This document shows positions 51,101 to 60,313 of a stretch of DNA of 64,000 nt, piece by piece. The position numbers and the translations under genes are program-made. Positions within the stretch are counted from its first letter, which is position 1, and each line of letters opens with the position of its first letter. Below the pieces are notes generated by a model. That model had not been told where the DNA came from. It worked only from the letters and a program-made list of their open reading frames with translations, and did no database searches. The DNA lies in assembly GCA_002633005.1 (NCBI GenBank), contig NMRA01000031.1:1252542-1316541 (forward strand), given 5' to 3'. This DNA comes from Phoronis australis (taxonomy: Eukaryota; Animalia; Phoronida).

Positions 51101-51786
51101 AATACTATAACAATTATGATAGGAGTAACCATACAAACAAATTACAGGAACAAAGTAACAGTACAATAAAATAAAAGAAGAAAACAACCACCACTGACCA
51201 CTGAGACAGACAGTTAGAATATCACTTTTTCAATTTTTTCATAAAAGATAGGTTGCATCAAATTAATATTTCACCATGTCGGAGATCTGTTAAGTAGCTA
51301 CCAATTACACTTGAAGACCGTGGAAAATGAAAAATTTCAAATTAAGCAATTATTTTTAGACAGAATAAGAGTGATTTCTAGTGCTCGTCACTCACTGGAG
51401 ACAAGCGTACAAGTAACTCCAGAATATTCCTTACTAAAAAAATTTTCTTCATTTCTCTTACGTCTACAAATAATTTAAAAGAAATGAAATCCCATGTAAA
51501 GTTATTTTTGCGACAGCTCTCCAGTGTTCGACTGCAAGGTGCATCCCAAAATGACACAATTTGCAGAAATTCGGCTTTGAAATTCATGTTATCGTGAACA
51601 TGCGACCCAATTTTCTGAAAGTCATATAATGACCGCCAAAGCCAGGTCTCAAGTATTTCATTAACGTACCAATAAGTTGGAACACTTTGTGAAAGTTTAT
51701 CATCACATTCAGTATATACTCACCCTTGTGCTATGTTTGAAGAAACTACTGAGGAACACAGTCGGCCTGCAGCAACACTGATCCAT
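38..51786 (-). CDS. TNS: Tensin gene (C1 + PTEN-like PTP + C2 + low-complexity middle + SH2), 24 coding exons in window, 3'-truncated by window edge
   Basis: Phase-consistent GT-AG exon chain totalling 5071 nt. Tensin-type motifs: [104 protein letters not shown]. The first exon is less certain than the rest. Confidence 0.96.
802..927 (-). CDS. TNS: Tensin exon, SH2 domain ([30 protein letters not shown])
   Basis: ttacag acceptor, GTAGGT donor, FLVRES-like FIVRDS motif. Confidence 0.95.
1585..1671 (-). CDS. TNS: Tensin exon, SH2 start ([20 protein letters not shown])
   Basis: ttgcag acceptor, GTAAGT donor, conserved KYWYKP motif. Confidence 0.95.
2072..2160 (-). CDS. TNS: Tensin exon ([29 protein letters not shown])
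   Basis: tttcag/GTAAGT sites; phase 2-1 fits neighbours. Confidence 0.85.
2541..2876. repeat. 56-bp direct duplication (2541-2596 and 2821-2876) around N gap
   Basis: Identical aattcattaaagtccc...acattttaa copies; N at 2597. Confidence 0.9.
2598..2795 (-). mobile_element. Penelope-like retroelement reverse transcriptase fragment
   Basis: [30 protein letters not shown] matches the PLE RT motif F.FNG..Y.Q..G.AMGSPL; truncated at N gap. Confidence 0.85.
3345..3770 (-). CDS. TNS: Tensin exon, Q/H-rich with 13-aa repeats
   Basis: Within ORF 3338-3808; gatag acceptor, GTATTG donor, phase 2-2. Confidence 0.82.
4265..4454 (-). CDS. TNS: Tensin exon with polyglutamine tract
   Basis: ctgcag acceptor, GTAAGT donor, phase 1-2. 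Confidence 0.82.
5575..6483 (-). CDS. TNS: Tensin exon, S/G/Q/T-rich low complexity
   Basis: 326-aa open frame; cttag acceptor, GTAGCT donor, phase 1-1. Confidence 0.85.
6560..6900. repeat. Degenerate ~21-bp minisatellite with GGACATGTC core
   Basis: Cores at 6636, 6656, 6677, 6698, 6719, 6740, 6809, 6851, 6872. Confidence 0.7.
7841..7888 (-). CDS. TNS: Tensin 48-nt exon ([15 protein letters not shown])
   Basis: cttacag/GTATGT sites, phase 1-1; resembles the tensin TPxFPVSPxTPY motif. Confidence 0.85.
8140..9177. mobile_element. Non-autonomous DNA transposon, 10-bp TIR CAGGACCCTC, 5-bp TSD TCTCA
   Basis: TIRs 8140-8149 and 9168-9177; TCTCA on both flanks; subterminal AGGGGAATTTT repeats at both ends. 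Confidence 0.8.
9282..9408 (-). CDS. TNS: Tensin exon, proline-rich ([11 protein letters not shown]...[10 protein letters not shown])
   Basis: ttccag/GTACGT sites, phase 0-1. Confidence 0.85.
11369..11475 (-). CDS. TNS: Tensin exon ([16 protein letters not shown]...TQTKL)
   Basis: ttgcag/GTAAGT sites, phase 1-0. Confidence 0.85.
12179..12220 (-). CDS. TNS: Tensin 42-nt exon ([13 protein letters not shown])
   Basis: ctcctcag/GTAGAT sites, symmetric phase 1-1. Confidence 0.7.
13381..14688 (-). CDS. TNS: Tensin large central exon (1308 nt) including the [10 protein letters not shown] helix
   Basis: 459-aa open frame; cctag acceptor, GTAAGT donor, phase 1-1. Confidence 0.92.
16435..16785 (-). 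mobile_element. tRNA-derived SINE with Pol III A box TGGCTCAGTGG and B box GGTTCAAATCC, plus an adjacent diverged second copy
   Basis: Head at about 16490-16560; segment 16435-16517 recurs diverged at about 16701-16782. Confidence 0.7.
17265..17447 (-). CDS. TNS: Tensin exon ([11 protein letters not shown] motif)
   Basis: ggtag/GTAAGA sites; motif resembles vertebrate tensin GPLDGSLYAKV. Confidence 0.92.
18180..18281 (-). CDS. TNS: Tensin exon ([12 protein letters not shown])
   Basis: ttgtag/GTAAAC sites; conserved RWDSY motif. Confidence 0.93.
18919..19187 (-). CDS. TNS: Tensin exon, C2 domain ([11 protein letters not shown]...FRCQFHT...KVEF)
   Basis: ttgcag/GTAAGC sites; PTEN/tensin C2 motifs. 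Confidence 0.96.
19860..20117 (-). CDS. TNS: Tensin exon, PTP end and C2 start ([11 protein letters not shown]...[10 protein letters not shown])
   Basis: ttctag/GTGAGT sites, phase 2-2. Confidence 0.96.
20525..20712 (-). CDS. TNS: Tensin exon, phosphatase core ([10 protein letters not shown]...[10 protein letters not shown])
   Basis: ttgcag/GTAGAT sites; WPD loop and CX5R P-loop. Confidence 0.97.
21023..21171 (-). CDS. TNS: Tensin exon, PTP domain (MSCPA...YRNNIKEV...YLIINLSE)
   Basis: tttcag/GTAATC sites; PTEN-like motifs. Confidence 0.96.
21915..22018. repeat. Palindromic element, 41-bp arms (MITE-like hairpin)
   Basis: 21915-21955 is the reverse complement of 21978-22018 with about 4 mismatches. 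Confidence 0.85.
23241..23302 (-). CDS. TNS: Tensin exon, PTP start ([13 protein letters not shown])
   Basis: ttttag/GTGAGT sites; PTEN-family DLDLTY motif. Confidence 0.95.
24532..24628 (+). repeat. 13-bp minisatellite (GTGGGAGGTCACT)x6 plus two further RGGTCA hexamers
   Basis: Read directly from sequence. Confidence 0.9.
24778..24836 (-). CDS. TNS: Tensin linker exon ([19 protein letters not shown]) with two in-frame ATGs
   Basis: ttacag/GTAAGT sites; phase 0-2 bridges neighbours. Confidence 0.82.
25260..25417 (-). repeat. Dispersed repeat, inverted copy of 39175-39345
   Basis: Shared blocks CAAGTTACC.TAGAA.AAGTT, TGTCACAAG, CTAGTTTAAAT and GTAACTTGTTC. Confidence 0.75.
25423..25738. mobile_element. 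Element with ~78-bp terminal inverted repeats enclosing a hammerhead-like motif
   Basis: atatttcattgaagacacga...tagagatc at 25423-25499 is mirrored at 25661-25738. Confidence 0.8.
25562..25597 (-). ncRNA. Candidate minimal type I hammerhead ribozyme (Penelope-type)
   Basis: AGC CUGAAGA U GAGGU augu GUCUC GAAA UAUC GCU: core, stem II, palindromic stem III, AUC site, short stem I. Confidence 0.5.
27237..27278 (-). CDS. TNS: Tensin exon, end of C1 domain ([14 protein letters not shown])
   Basis: ttacag/GTATAG sites; supplies the last Cys ligand of C1. Confidence 0.85.
31155..31598. mobile_element. MITE with imperfect TIRs and internal ~15-bp subrepeats (GTGTCAACTCGCACC)
   Basis: ttacaagggagacagttgtca versus reverse complement of tgtcaactgttccccgtgtaa. 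Confidence 0.65.
33023..33210 (-). promoter_or_regulatory. Candidate internal tensin promoter and non-coding first exon
   Basis: MCAT CATTCCA at 33203, TATA/near-CArG CCTTATAAAG at 33173-33182, Inr-like CAGTC near 33146, GTATGT donor at 33022. Confidence 0.35.
35250..35568 (+). mobile_element. Possible Helentron-associated (HINE-like) element end
   Basis: aaatttcat motifs, acagacag, then terminal hairpin gcacc..cacat aaaa atgtg ggtgc followed by A-run. Confidence 0.4.
37017..37054 (-). CDS. TNS: Tensin exon, C1 domain ([12 protein letters not shown])
   Basis: tttcag/GTGAGT sites; C-x4-H-x2-C pattern. Confidence 0.9.
37724..38012. repeat. 73-bp tandem minisatellite, about 4 copies, each with a GATCCTGT...ACAGGATC hairpin
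   Basis: Units start at 37724, 37797, 37870, 37943. Confidence 0.95.
38700..38805 (-). CDS. TNS: Tensin exon, C1 domain ([29 protein letters not shown])
   Basis: ttccag/GTAACT sites; H-x12-C-x2-C C1 pattern. Confidence 0.92.
41825..41952. repeat. (GAT)n compound microsatellite with a 15-bp higher-order period
   Basis: gatgatgatgacaat repeats. Confidence 0.95.
46110..46143 (-). CDS. TNS: Candidate alternative tensin micro-exon ([11 protein letters not shown])
   Basis: ttttgtag acceptor and GAG|GTAAGG donor; phase 2-0 links the 54504 donor in frame to the C1 exon. Confidence 0.5.
51724..51786 (-). CDS. TNS: Candidate tensin first coding exon ([21 protein letters not shown])
   Basis: AAAAATGG start context; AGG|GTGAGT phase-0 donor matching the C1 exon acceptor. 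Confidence 0.62.
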
Positions 51787-53584
51787 TTTTATCCGACCAG
51801 TGTTCTGGTCAGAGCGAATATTGTCCAGCTCCCGTTATGCAAATTTGTAAATTTACGGCATTCAATAGATGCAGTTATCCTAGCAAAATTTTGATCCAGG
51901 TCTCAGTAGATAGATCACAACAAATTACTGCTTTGTATCTACTCTGTTACAAGCCAGCAATCCCTCAATGTATTGTAGCAAATTAACAGTTTCATCACGC
52001 ATATTCACTGGTGGTCTCCACGTAGTCTACTAAGCTTAGTCTTTGAAGTGGAGTAGCCAACAGAAAGGCTGGACTCTCAATCAAAGATGACCATTTGTGC
52101 AGTGGAAGCTATAGCAGTGGTCAGTTGAATAGTTCGGGTCATTAGACACAGGAAGACATAATTGAATTCATCAAATACATGAAACACTATCTCTTAATTA
52201 CATCTGGAACATTTCATTAACTCTGCTGCCAATGCTTTTATGGCCAATTTATTAGTTTCTGCACAAAACTATTCTTAAGTTCAATGACAAATAACTTTCA
52301 AATTGCGGACATCAGTGGTAAAATGAACCAAAATAAGGACCTCTAGATGCATGCGGACATGCAGACGTGCAAACTTGTGTTCCTCACATCACAGCTTCAT
52401 TTAACACACACACATGCCCTCTTTTAACGAAAGAAGGAACTTCTTTGACTCCTACAGTAGTGACATAACATATCAGCCAACAGTCGACGCTAGTTATTTC
52501 ACAATAATGAACAACAGTAGAGGACATATTGTAATCTTGAGCACTGATGAGGCTACAATTGTACGGGTCTCAACATTTGAATTGGCAGACTCACCATTTT
52601 AGAAAAATGGTTTCGAATTTCCCTTTAAAACTTTTCACTACAAAACTGGTTAGAAACACAATCGATTTTAAGACCAAAAATGCATTTCTGTGATTGATGT
52701 TGGATATGATAAACTTCTTCAACTTATTGACCAGAACTACAACACAAAAACATATTTGTTTTTGTCATTTTATAAGAAATCGCCAATTCTTGCTAGAAAT
52801 TGACTGAAATCAAGGCCAGTTTCTTTACCCATTAAATACCCTAAAAATACTTTGCTATTGAGGAATTTTCAAAACTTAACTACAAGTTGCTTTGGTAGTA
52901 AAACGATTCATACATTACAAAATGTCATGAGTTGTAGGCAGACAAACACAATATTGGGAGACTGGCACAAATCTCAGGCTCGTTTACACGCCCTCTTGGG
53001 GCAGACAAACACAATTGGGCCCTTCACATGTTTGTTTAGTCAGCGACCTCAGATTCTGATTGGCGACCTGGGAAAATCTCAAGTCGCCACCGCGAGTATC
53101 AAAGCCAGACAACAATTCCCCCTAAAATTGTTTAAAAGCTTGTGATGGCTTCCAAACTTTAAATTACTAACAGTTTTCTTAGATTCGTTACCTTTGATTC
53201 ACAATTGTTCTGTTTATTTCGTGAAATCGATGCATTTGCCACCACAACAGTCAGCACACTTCATACACGCACTCAAATTACAACAAGAAATAAACAGACG
53301 GATATTATTAAACTGCTGGTTTAATTAGTCATTTATATAAACTCTCGGTTTCATAATTTAACTTCTACTACACCCTGTTATTTTTTACATTTTGGAATCA
53401 CTTTTGTTTGGTAGAATTAAAAAAAATAATTTTTTAAATCTGCCAGGCATGCGAAATGCGGACTATTTATGAATTAAATTATTTCTCGTTTGCTTCTGCT
53501 AAAATCATACATCATCAAGAACTGATAAAGGGCTTTCTAATGATTTGACTCTTACGCAATTACGGTTGAAACACCATGGAGTAG

Positions 53585-53804
53585 CATGCGCGCACCCAGG
53601 GGGGCTCGAACGAGCCCCATCATCTGGCGTAGTGGGCAAAAAGGTCTGCCTCAGAGGAACAAAAATTCCGAGAAAACGAGACATAAGTACACTAAAAAAG
53701 TGCTAATGCACACAGATGTGAACGTAGTACCCCATTTTTTTAGTAAAAGGTACACTTTGTCAAGAATTCGAGCCCTCCTATATTTTAGGCAGGGTGCACG
53801 CATG
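53585..53804 (+). mobile_element. MITE, TIR CATGCGCGCACCC, 5-bp TSD AGTAG
   Basis: TIRs at both ends; agtag at 53580-53584 and 53805-53809. Confidence 0.85.
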
Positions 53805-54503
53805 AGTAGCGAAGAGAAAGTAGTCAGATACATGATTCCCTGATTTGAAAAACAGTTACCCTCACTGAATAACGCCCGTTCTCAAATCAATTTTAAATCA
53901 GGAACCCACTTGTCCGGCTTTTACTGTGAGAAGTTCTAGTGGCAGTAAATTCCATACTTCCATAAGCATAGCATTGCTATGATAGCAATAGCCAACATCG
54001 GAACAAACAAATGCAACCAAATGCAACACATGCGCGGTGCAAGCCGAGCAGCATGAGATCAAAGCTGGCATTCCAGGGCAAGATGCTCGGTTCAAGTTTG
54101 GCGACCAGGGAATGTCGCCAGGTCGCATGTGGCAATGTTATGCCAGGCGAGGAGCGGTGCGGCTGCAGTGTATATCCAATCTATCGTTGACAGATAGTGA
54201 TCCACAAAAGATGTTAAGCATAGGCATAGCACTATTTAATCAATCAAAAAGTAAACCTAACCCGATTGAGCAGCTCCATTACACGGTCATCGCCCGGATG
54301 ATTGTAACTTGTAAGACCACGGGAGTTGTTTATCTCTAGTCTAAGGGCTCGGCCCTTTAGTTTAACAAAAATTTAACTTCTCAAGGAATCTCAAGCTCAA
54401 GCGAACATCTTTGTAGACAAAAAAGAATATGTTGCATTACGTGTTTCCAGTCCGTCCAGATCATTAAATTTCTATACAACCTGAGGAAGGCTCATTTACT
54501 TAC

Positions 54504-54600
54504 CGACAAATAATTCGTCTTCGAATCTCCAAGAACATCAAGCGATTTGTAAGGGTAAACAGAACGTGGAAAACGCTACTTCCGCGGCGCCATTTTGAAA
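54504..54600 (-). promoter_or_regulatory. Probable tensin TSS region and first exon with YY1 (AAAATGGCG) and ETS (CGGAAGT) motifs; possible ATG at 54538 (MFLEIRRRIICR)
   Basis: CpG-rich patch TTTCAAAATGGCGCCGCGGAAGT followed by a strong GTAAGT donor at 54503. Confidence 0.6.
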
Positions 54601-54940
54601 TGAGTAGCGCTCACAGCGGATGAATGCACCATCGATACTCGTCCGTGAATGGAATCTCACGGCGTGCGATGTTGTCACGCAGCGGGCTTGGCCTAATTGA
54701 AGTGCTTAAAAACACCAATTTCACACTATAAACATCATAAAAAAACACCAGTGGATTAGGTGTCAAATTAGACAATATGTTACTTAACTGATCGGGTTAT
54801 GAGCGTTAGTTGCAGGTAGGCCTACTTATAGGCCCATATCATTACGTAGAATCGGGAGAATTAATGACAAAACACTTGTCATTATAGTGTTTGGAGTGAA
54901 AAGTCGCCAGTTATTGCTGCTTCTTTTTTCCGTTCTTTAT

Positions 54941-55165
54941 CATGCGCGCACCCACGCTTTCATATGGGGGGACTCGAATTTCTGGCGATGTGGAGGCTAT
55001 GTGGACCTTTTGCTGACAAAAAAGCGACAGGGCTAAAAAACAAACGGGGCACCACCTTCAGAACTGTGTGTCTGTGCCTTTTTGGTGGACTTTTTTCTCG
55101 TTTTCTCGGATTTTTCGTTTCTCTGAGGCGGACCTTTTTGCCCACTTCGCCAAATGGCGAGGCTT
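54941..55165 (-). mobile_element. Truncated inverted copy of the same MITE family
   Basis: catgcgcgcaccc end and reverse complement of gggcaaaaaggtc.gcctcagag...tccgagaaaacgaga. Confidence 0.8.
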
Positions 55166-55236
55166 AGCGTTTGTGGTGATTGTGAGAATTTAGTATTTGA
55201 CCACCACGCTGTTCACTGTACCTCTTTTCACCTTTC

Positions 55237-55785
55237 CGCGGAACATCGAAGAGGTATGAATGACCGTTAGGAGGAAAACGTCGCCGTAAAATCACACCGC
55301 AAATAATTACTTTACTCCGTTAAATTACCGCTACAAATAATTACTTTACGCCGTTAAATTGCGCAGAAAATAATTATTTTACGCCGTAAATAGTTTTATA
55401 AAAAAATAATTGCAGGCGGTCTGATACACGTTGTATCAGACCTGCGCAGGCCTCGCATGTGGGCCCATTGCACTGACATAGGCGGATTTAGGGGGGGGGC
55501 CCAGGGGGCCCGGCCCCCCCCCCTTGGCTGCCGCAAAAAAATAAAANCGCGGAACATCGAAGAGGCATGAATGACCGTTAGGAGGAAAACGTCGCCGTAA
55601 AATCACGCCGCAAATAATTACTTTACTCCGTTAAATTACGCTACAAATAATTACTTTACGCCGTTAAATTGCGCAGCAAATAATTATTTTACGCCGTAAA
55701 TAGTTTTATAAAAAATAATTGCAGGCGGTCTGATACACGTTGTATCAGACGTGCGCAGGCCTCGCATGTGGGCCCATTGCACTGA
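55237..55785. repeat. ~238-bp near-identical duplication around N gap, with AAATAATTACTTTACGCCG subrepeats; first copy followed by a G/C-rich transposon-like end
   Basis: 55237-55475 versus 55548-55785; N at 55547. Confidence 0.9.
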
Positions 55786-55869
55786 TCACCTGGAAATATT
55801 TTTATGCTTTATTGATATATGGCTAAAACCGAGCTGAGGAGCTAGAAACCTGGCTCAAGGGTTTAGCAG

Positions 55870-55942
55870 TGTGACCTGGTGGGACTTGGACCCACGACCT
55901 CGAGTAAAAAAAGCGCGCACTTATAACCAGGCCACACTGCCT
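55870..55942 (-). mobile_element. Degenerate tRNA-derived SINE head
   Basis: GGCAGTGTGGCCTGGTT...GAGGTCGTGGGTCCAAGTCCCACCAGG with A/B-box-like motifs. Confidence 0.5.
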
Positions 55943-56440
55943 CCTCCCGTAAATAATTACTTTACTGCCGCAAAAATTAATTTACGCCGCAAATAATCAA
56001 CTTACACCACTTATAAGAATTAATTTACGCAAGTAAATTCATGTGCATGGGCGTTTCTTCGGTTGGGCAGTTTGCCGAAACTCCCGGTGATGGCGGTGAT
56101 GCTTATTGCGGGTAGGAAGAAGGTCAATGCTGGGGTCGGAACCAGGGCTCCACAGGAGGCCCATTGAACACCGCGCGAGTGCCTCAAGACTACTGAGGAA
56201 GTACAGCCTATCCGCAATTTCTGGTAATGTACATTGTTCACGAATGTGGTCACCTGGCCAATGTGAGTGACTCCCCCGGGCTTAACTTGGTTAGGGTGTC
56301 TCTTGAAACTGTTCGTATTTCACTGGTTTAGGTAAATACTTCAGGTATCAGTTCTACTCAGAATTCGAATTAACAAAAAAACGGCATCTGGGCAACCGAT
56401 AGCCATTGCACAAACTATTGAAACACTAATACTATACACA

Positions 56441-56450
56441 TGCACACGCA

Positions 56451-56482
<32 letters not shown>

Positions 56483-56500
56483 CACACACATACACACACA
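56441..56500. repeat. (CGCA)n(CA)n microsatellite
   Basis: Read directly from sequence. Confidence 0.95.
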
Positions 56501-59500
56501 TGCATTCACACTTAGTTACATTAATACGAGTAATTTTTCTAAACTAGCGTAAACACACCTGACAATAAGACCTAAACTTTACATATACATTTACAATTGC
56601 ATAACAAGCACTCAGAAGAAGCCAAATGTTACTTCTTTCCGTAAAACCCAAAAATGTGTTCTTGAAAACTCTTGGCATGTACTTTGATATCTAAACTGTC
56701 GAAAGCGGTTCTAAGACTGGAACTGAAAAGATATCAGAGGCCTTCTAGTCAGAGCCACTGGTCGGTGCGTATAAAGAATGAACAATGTGTTTTTAATTAA
56801 AATCGCTTGTTGTCAGTAACTGTACCTCAAGAGTCTCGCTTCATGACCAATACTAACAAAATGAAAACGAAACAATGATTTTTCAACTAACAACACTCGA
56901 TCAAAACGCAGTCGAGCATACAGTCGGAAATTTACAACGCCAACTCTCGCGGCAAGTCTCGGGGTTGCAAGCTTTCATACGTAGAGTTGGGATTCATGGC
57001 TTGAGTTCTGTGGTCACACTCATGCCCGTGGAGATAAAAATTTTTCAATTGAATTCGCTTTTCTACTACTTTCTCGTTTTTTGGATATTGAATTGTGAGG
57101 TACAGTGTAATAAAGGGAGATTTGATAATGCAAACAATGTAGACACTTGTCAAAGCAGGATAAATGGCGGTTTTAAGCACTTCCCATTCACACATTGGCG
57201 GTTCAGACGACGGTTCACCCTGGTTTACGGTAATCCGCCACACTGCGCAGAGGAAAGTGCGAAAATCGACGAAGATAATTCGGAACACATCCACCACATA
57301 CCGGAAAGGTAGTGGACATCCGAGAAAAGATAACGAGTTCAATTTTTCGTGGCGGTCTTTGCAGTTTGCAATGGACCGGGTTCATTCGCTTCGGCAACGA
57401 CATTGGCCGTCTGAAACGTAAGCCTGCGTGCTTCCACCATATAAAACAGATGTCAACATCCAGTCATATTTTTATCCCGAAAAAGGTGTGTCCTTACTGA
57501 TAGATCTATAGTCGTACACGATGTGAACGCAGTAGCAACATGGTTGCATCAGAGAGACGCACGATGCAGTTGCAGCTGGGAAGCACTCTTATAGAACGGC
57601 ACAGATGCCAGCAGCTACTGCACCCGTAAAACGACTGAAAACAGGCAACAGGAACTAATTATTCTGCTCAGTATCTGGTTTGCTCTATTGGTGGTCATGC
57701 GACCTCTTTTGTCAGGGGACCTAACTGCAGCATGTATTGGCCATATTATGTATAGTACATGCACGCTTTTCTTACTTCCAAATCCGATAAAGTTTGAAAT
57801 GCAGCTTCCCAGCGCAAATTTATTAAAAGTTTCAAATTCAATTACGAGTTAGAGAAAACAAAGCTGTTTGTTTTTGCGCCAGTCTTATTAATGTTGTCTA
57901 TAAATCCTTGAGTTGTTGCCGGCCACCCTTTCGGAGGGGTCGCTATGGTAACAGTGCTTTTGTGTTTTTGAAACGAATGGATACATACGTTCACATTAAA
58001 AGGTCCGCCCATGAAATCGACTGCTCTTAATTTATTTTTTGTTTGATATTATTCTTTGATGTTTATGTGCGTTGCTCTCTTAAGGGTTATCAATGGTCAT
58101 AGAATCAAGAAAAGACCTGATGATGGAATCAATGGTCACTTTTCCCTTTTTTTGGAGTTGTAGTCAACACTTTACAGTATTAGGTCAATGGAAGTGTGTG
58201 TGAGCCAAGGGTACCTCTAAGAACAAGGCTAACAAGAACATAACACAACCATGCTAAAACTAATTCATATCAAACTATCGATTGAAAAATATACGGACGA
58301 TAGTTAAAACTACATTTTTTTACCAGTAAGACAGAGGGCTGAAACATGGCGCGCGTGGGAAGGAGCTGGCCGACCATTTACTGCGTAAGCCAACAGAAGT
58401 GTGAATTAAATCAGAGATACTACGCAGCAAAACTTGTCCGTTTTAACACTACTGGTTAAAACTACTCAAAAGTATTCCACTGTCCTCAGTCTGGTCGCTA
58501 AATCAGCGACTCGTCCAAATCCTGCACGTGCGTCGTCGTGGTGACTATGAAATAGTGAGAGTGCATATAATGCGTTACAAGCCAACACTATCACATATTA
58601 TCTAGCACATTTTGAGCCTTGCAAATACATTCTGCGTGTAAAGTAATGCCCACCTTCCCATGCCTCAATTAGGTCCCTAGAGCGCCCAGTTAATGTTCCT
58701 ATCTCGTGATACCGATGCCCGTCCGCTATAGGGAAGGTGGCATCTCTTGTTATACCGTAAAACTCTAGCCAGAGTTCTAAGGCTAGACCAAGTCATCAAC
58801 GCTCGGACATAGCTGACAAATCGCCCATTTTTCTAACATTTAAAGTTCAGCAACATGCTGAGATTAAAAAGTGTTTGTACTCAATACTTCTAAGAATATT
58901 ACACATGCGTAATAGTATGAATTATGCATTGCGAAATCGAGCACCCCGGCTTTTTACCGTGCTGGATCTCGAATGCTCAGCTTAGTAACGAAACGTCCTC
59001 GTGTGTGGATTGTTGTAAACATGACATCGTTCGCAAAAGTGCTAGTTATTTGTTTTCTTGTGTTGATTTGGCCTAAAACGAGAACTAACTATCGCTAGAT
59101 CTCACCTAATCACCAACGAAGTGTTCTTGTTTGTAGTGCAGAAACGGATTAATGCATAATTTAGTTGGTAACGGTATAATATACACGCCGAGCAATCTGC
59201 CATGGTTAGTTTTACTAGCGTAAATCCAATGTATAGGTATCGCTCCCCAAGAACTCACGTGAATTTTTTATTGCACCAGGCAGTGTAAAATACGATCACT
59301 TTTCATGACTGACATTTCATTTGTATTAGCCAAACCGCACTTATTTGTATTTTGTCACGTGATTTCTCATCAATAAATTGAGTGGTTGCAATCGCCCAAT
59401 AGAATGCACATCAATGAAAAAACACAAAATGATTTTTTAAAGGGAGACTTTATTTAAAACAATGAAATAGGAAAATTAAAAGTGTACAAAACCTGATTTT

Positions 59501-59535
59501 GGAACATATATCATTAAAGTATAATGTATACAGCT

Positions 59536-59687
59536 GGGCCCGGTTGCATAAATTTCAAAACTTATCCCCTGGATAACTTTGTTTGCTGCTTGACACGAGA
59601 TGCTCTGTTCTGCAATGGAAGCGAGACGCGTGGTGATGTGATGCCATCGTTAATATCCAGCGTACATTATTTTATGCAGCCGGGTCC
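59536..59687. mobile_element. ~150-bp MITE, 17-bp TIR GGGCCCGGTTGCATAAA
   Basis: Right end tttatgcagccgggtcc is the near reverse complement. Confidence 0.7.
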
Positions 59688-60313
59688 TTTGTGCAATAAC
59701 AAAAAGTAATGAAATTATGTCTTTATAACAGAGAAAGAGCTGAAACAAACTAAACGAACACGAGGCAGTAGATTTACAGATGTTGAGGTGTATTATACTA
59801 CATCAGTTCACGAAATTCACTGTATTGCATCACTATATTGCAAATCAAATGGGGGTTTGACTTCGACGTGAGAGATGGCACTAGCTGAACTCATCCCACC
59901 GGGTCATGACCTTATGGAGAGCAAAGGACACATTTGTTGATGGACCTGCTATGGGAAGGTATATGGCTGACGGGGAAGACGTGGGTTCAACTAGTGACGT
60001 CAGTCCGGTGTCGAATTTGAAAATGATCAAATGAAATTGAGCCATTAAAAGTTACAGAACTATGACGATGAAGTTTTGAATCATTATGTGCTCGATTTCC
60101 GAAATAATAAACAGATGGTTTTGTTCACAACATCCTAGAACAACTGCCAATCGCCTGGTTGGCAACCCTTAAGAGACAAAAATAAAGAAATTGTAGAAAA
60201 TAAAGAAATATTCTCCCAATTTCTTTACGAAATGAAAATTTATAAATATGTAAATATATGTAAACTGAGTCCTCATAAAGTCCGTTGCTTCACAACGCAA
60301 CTGATGCCACACT

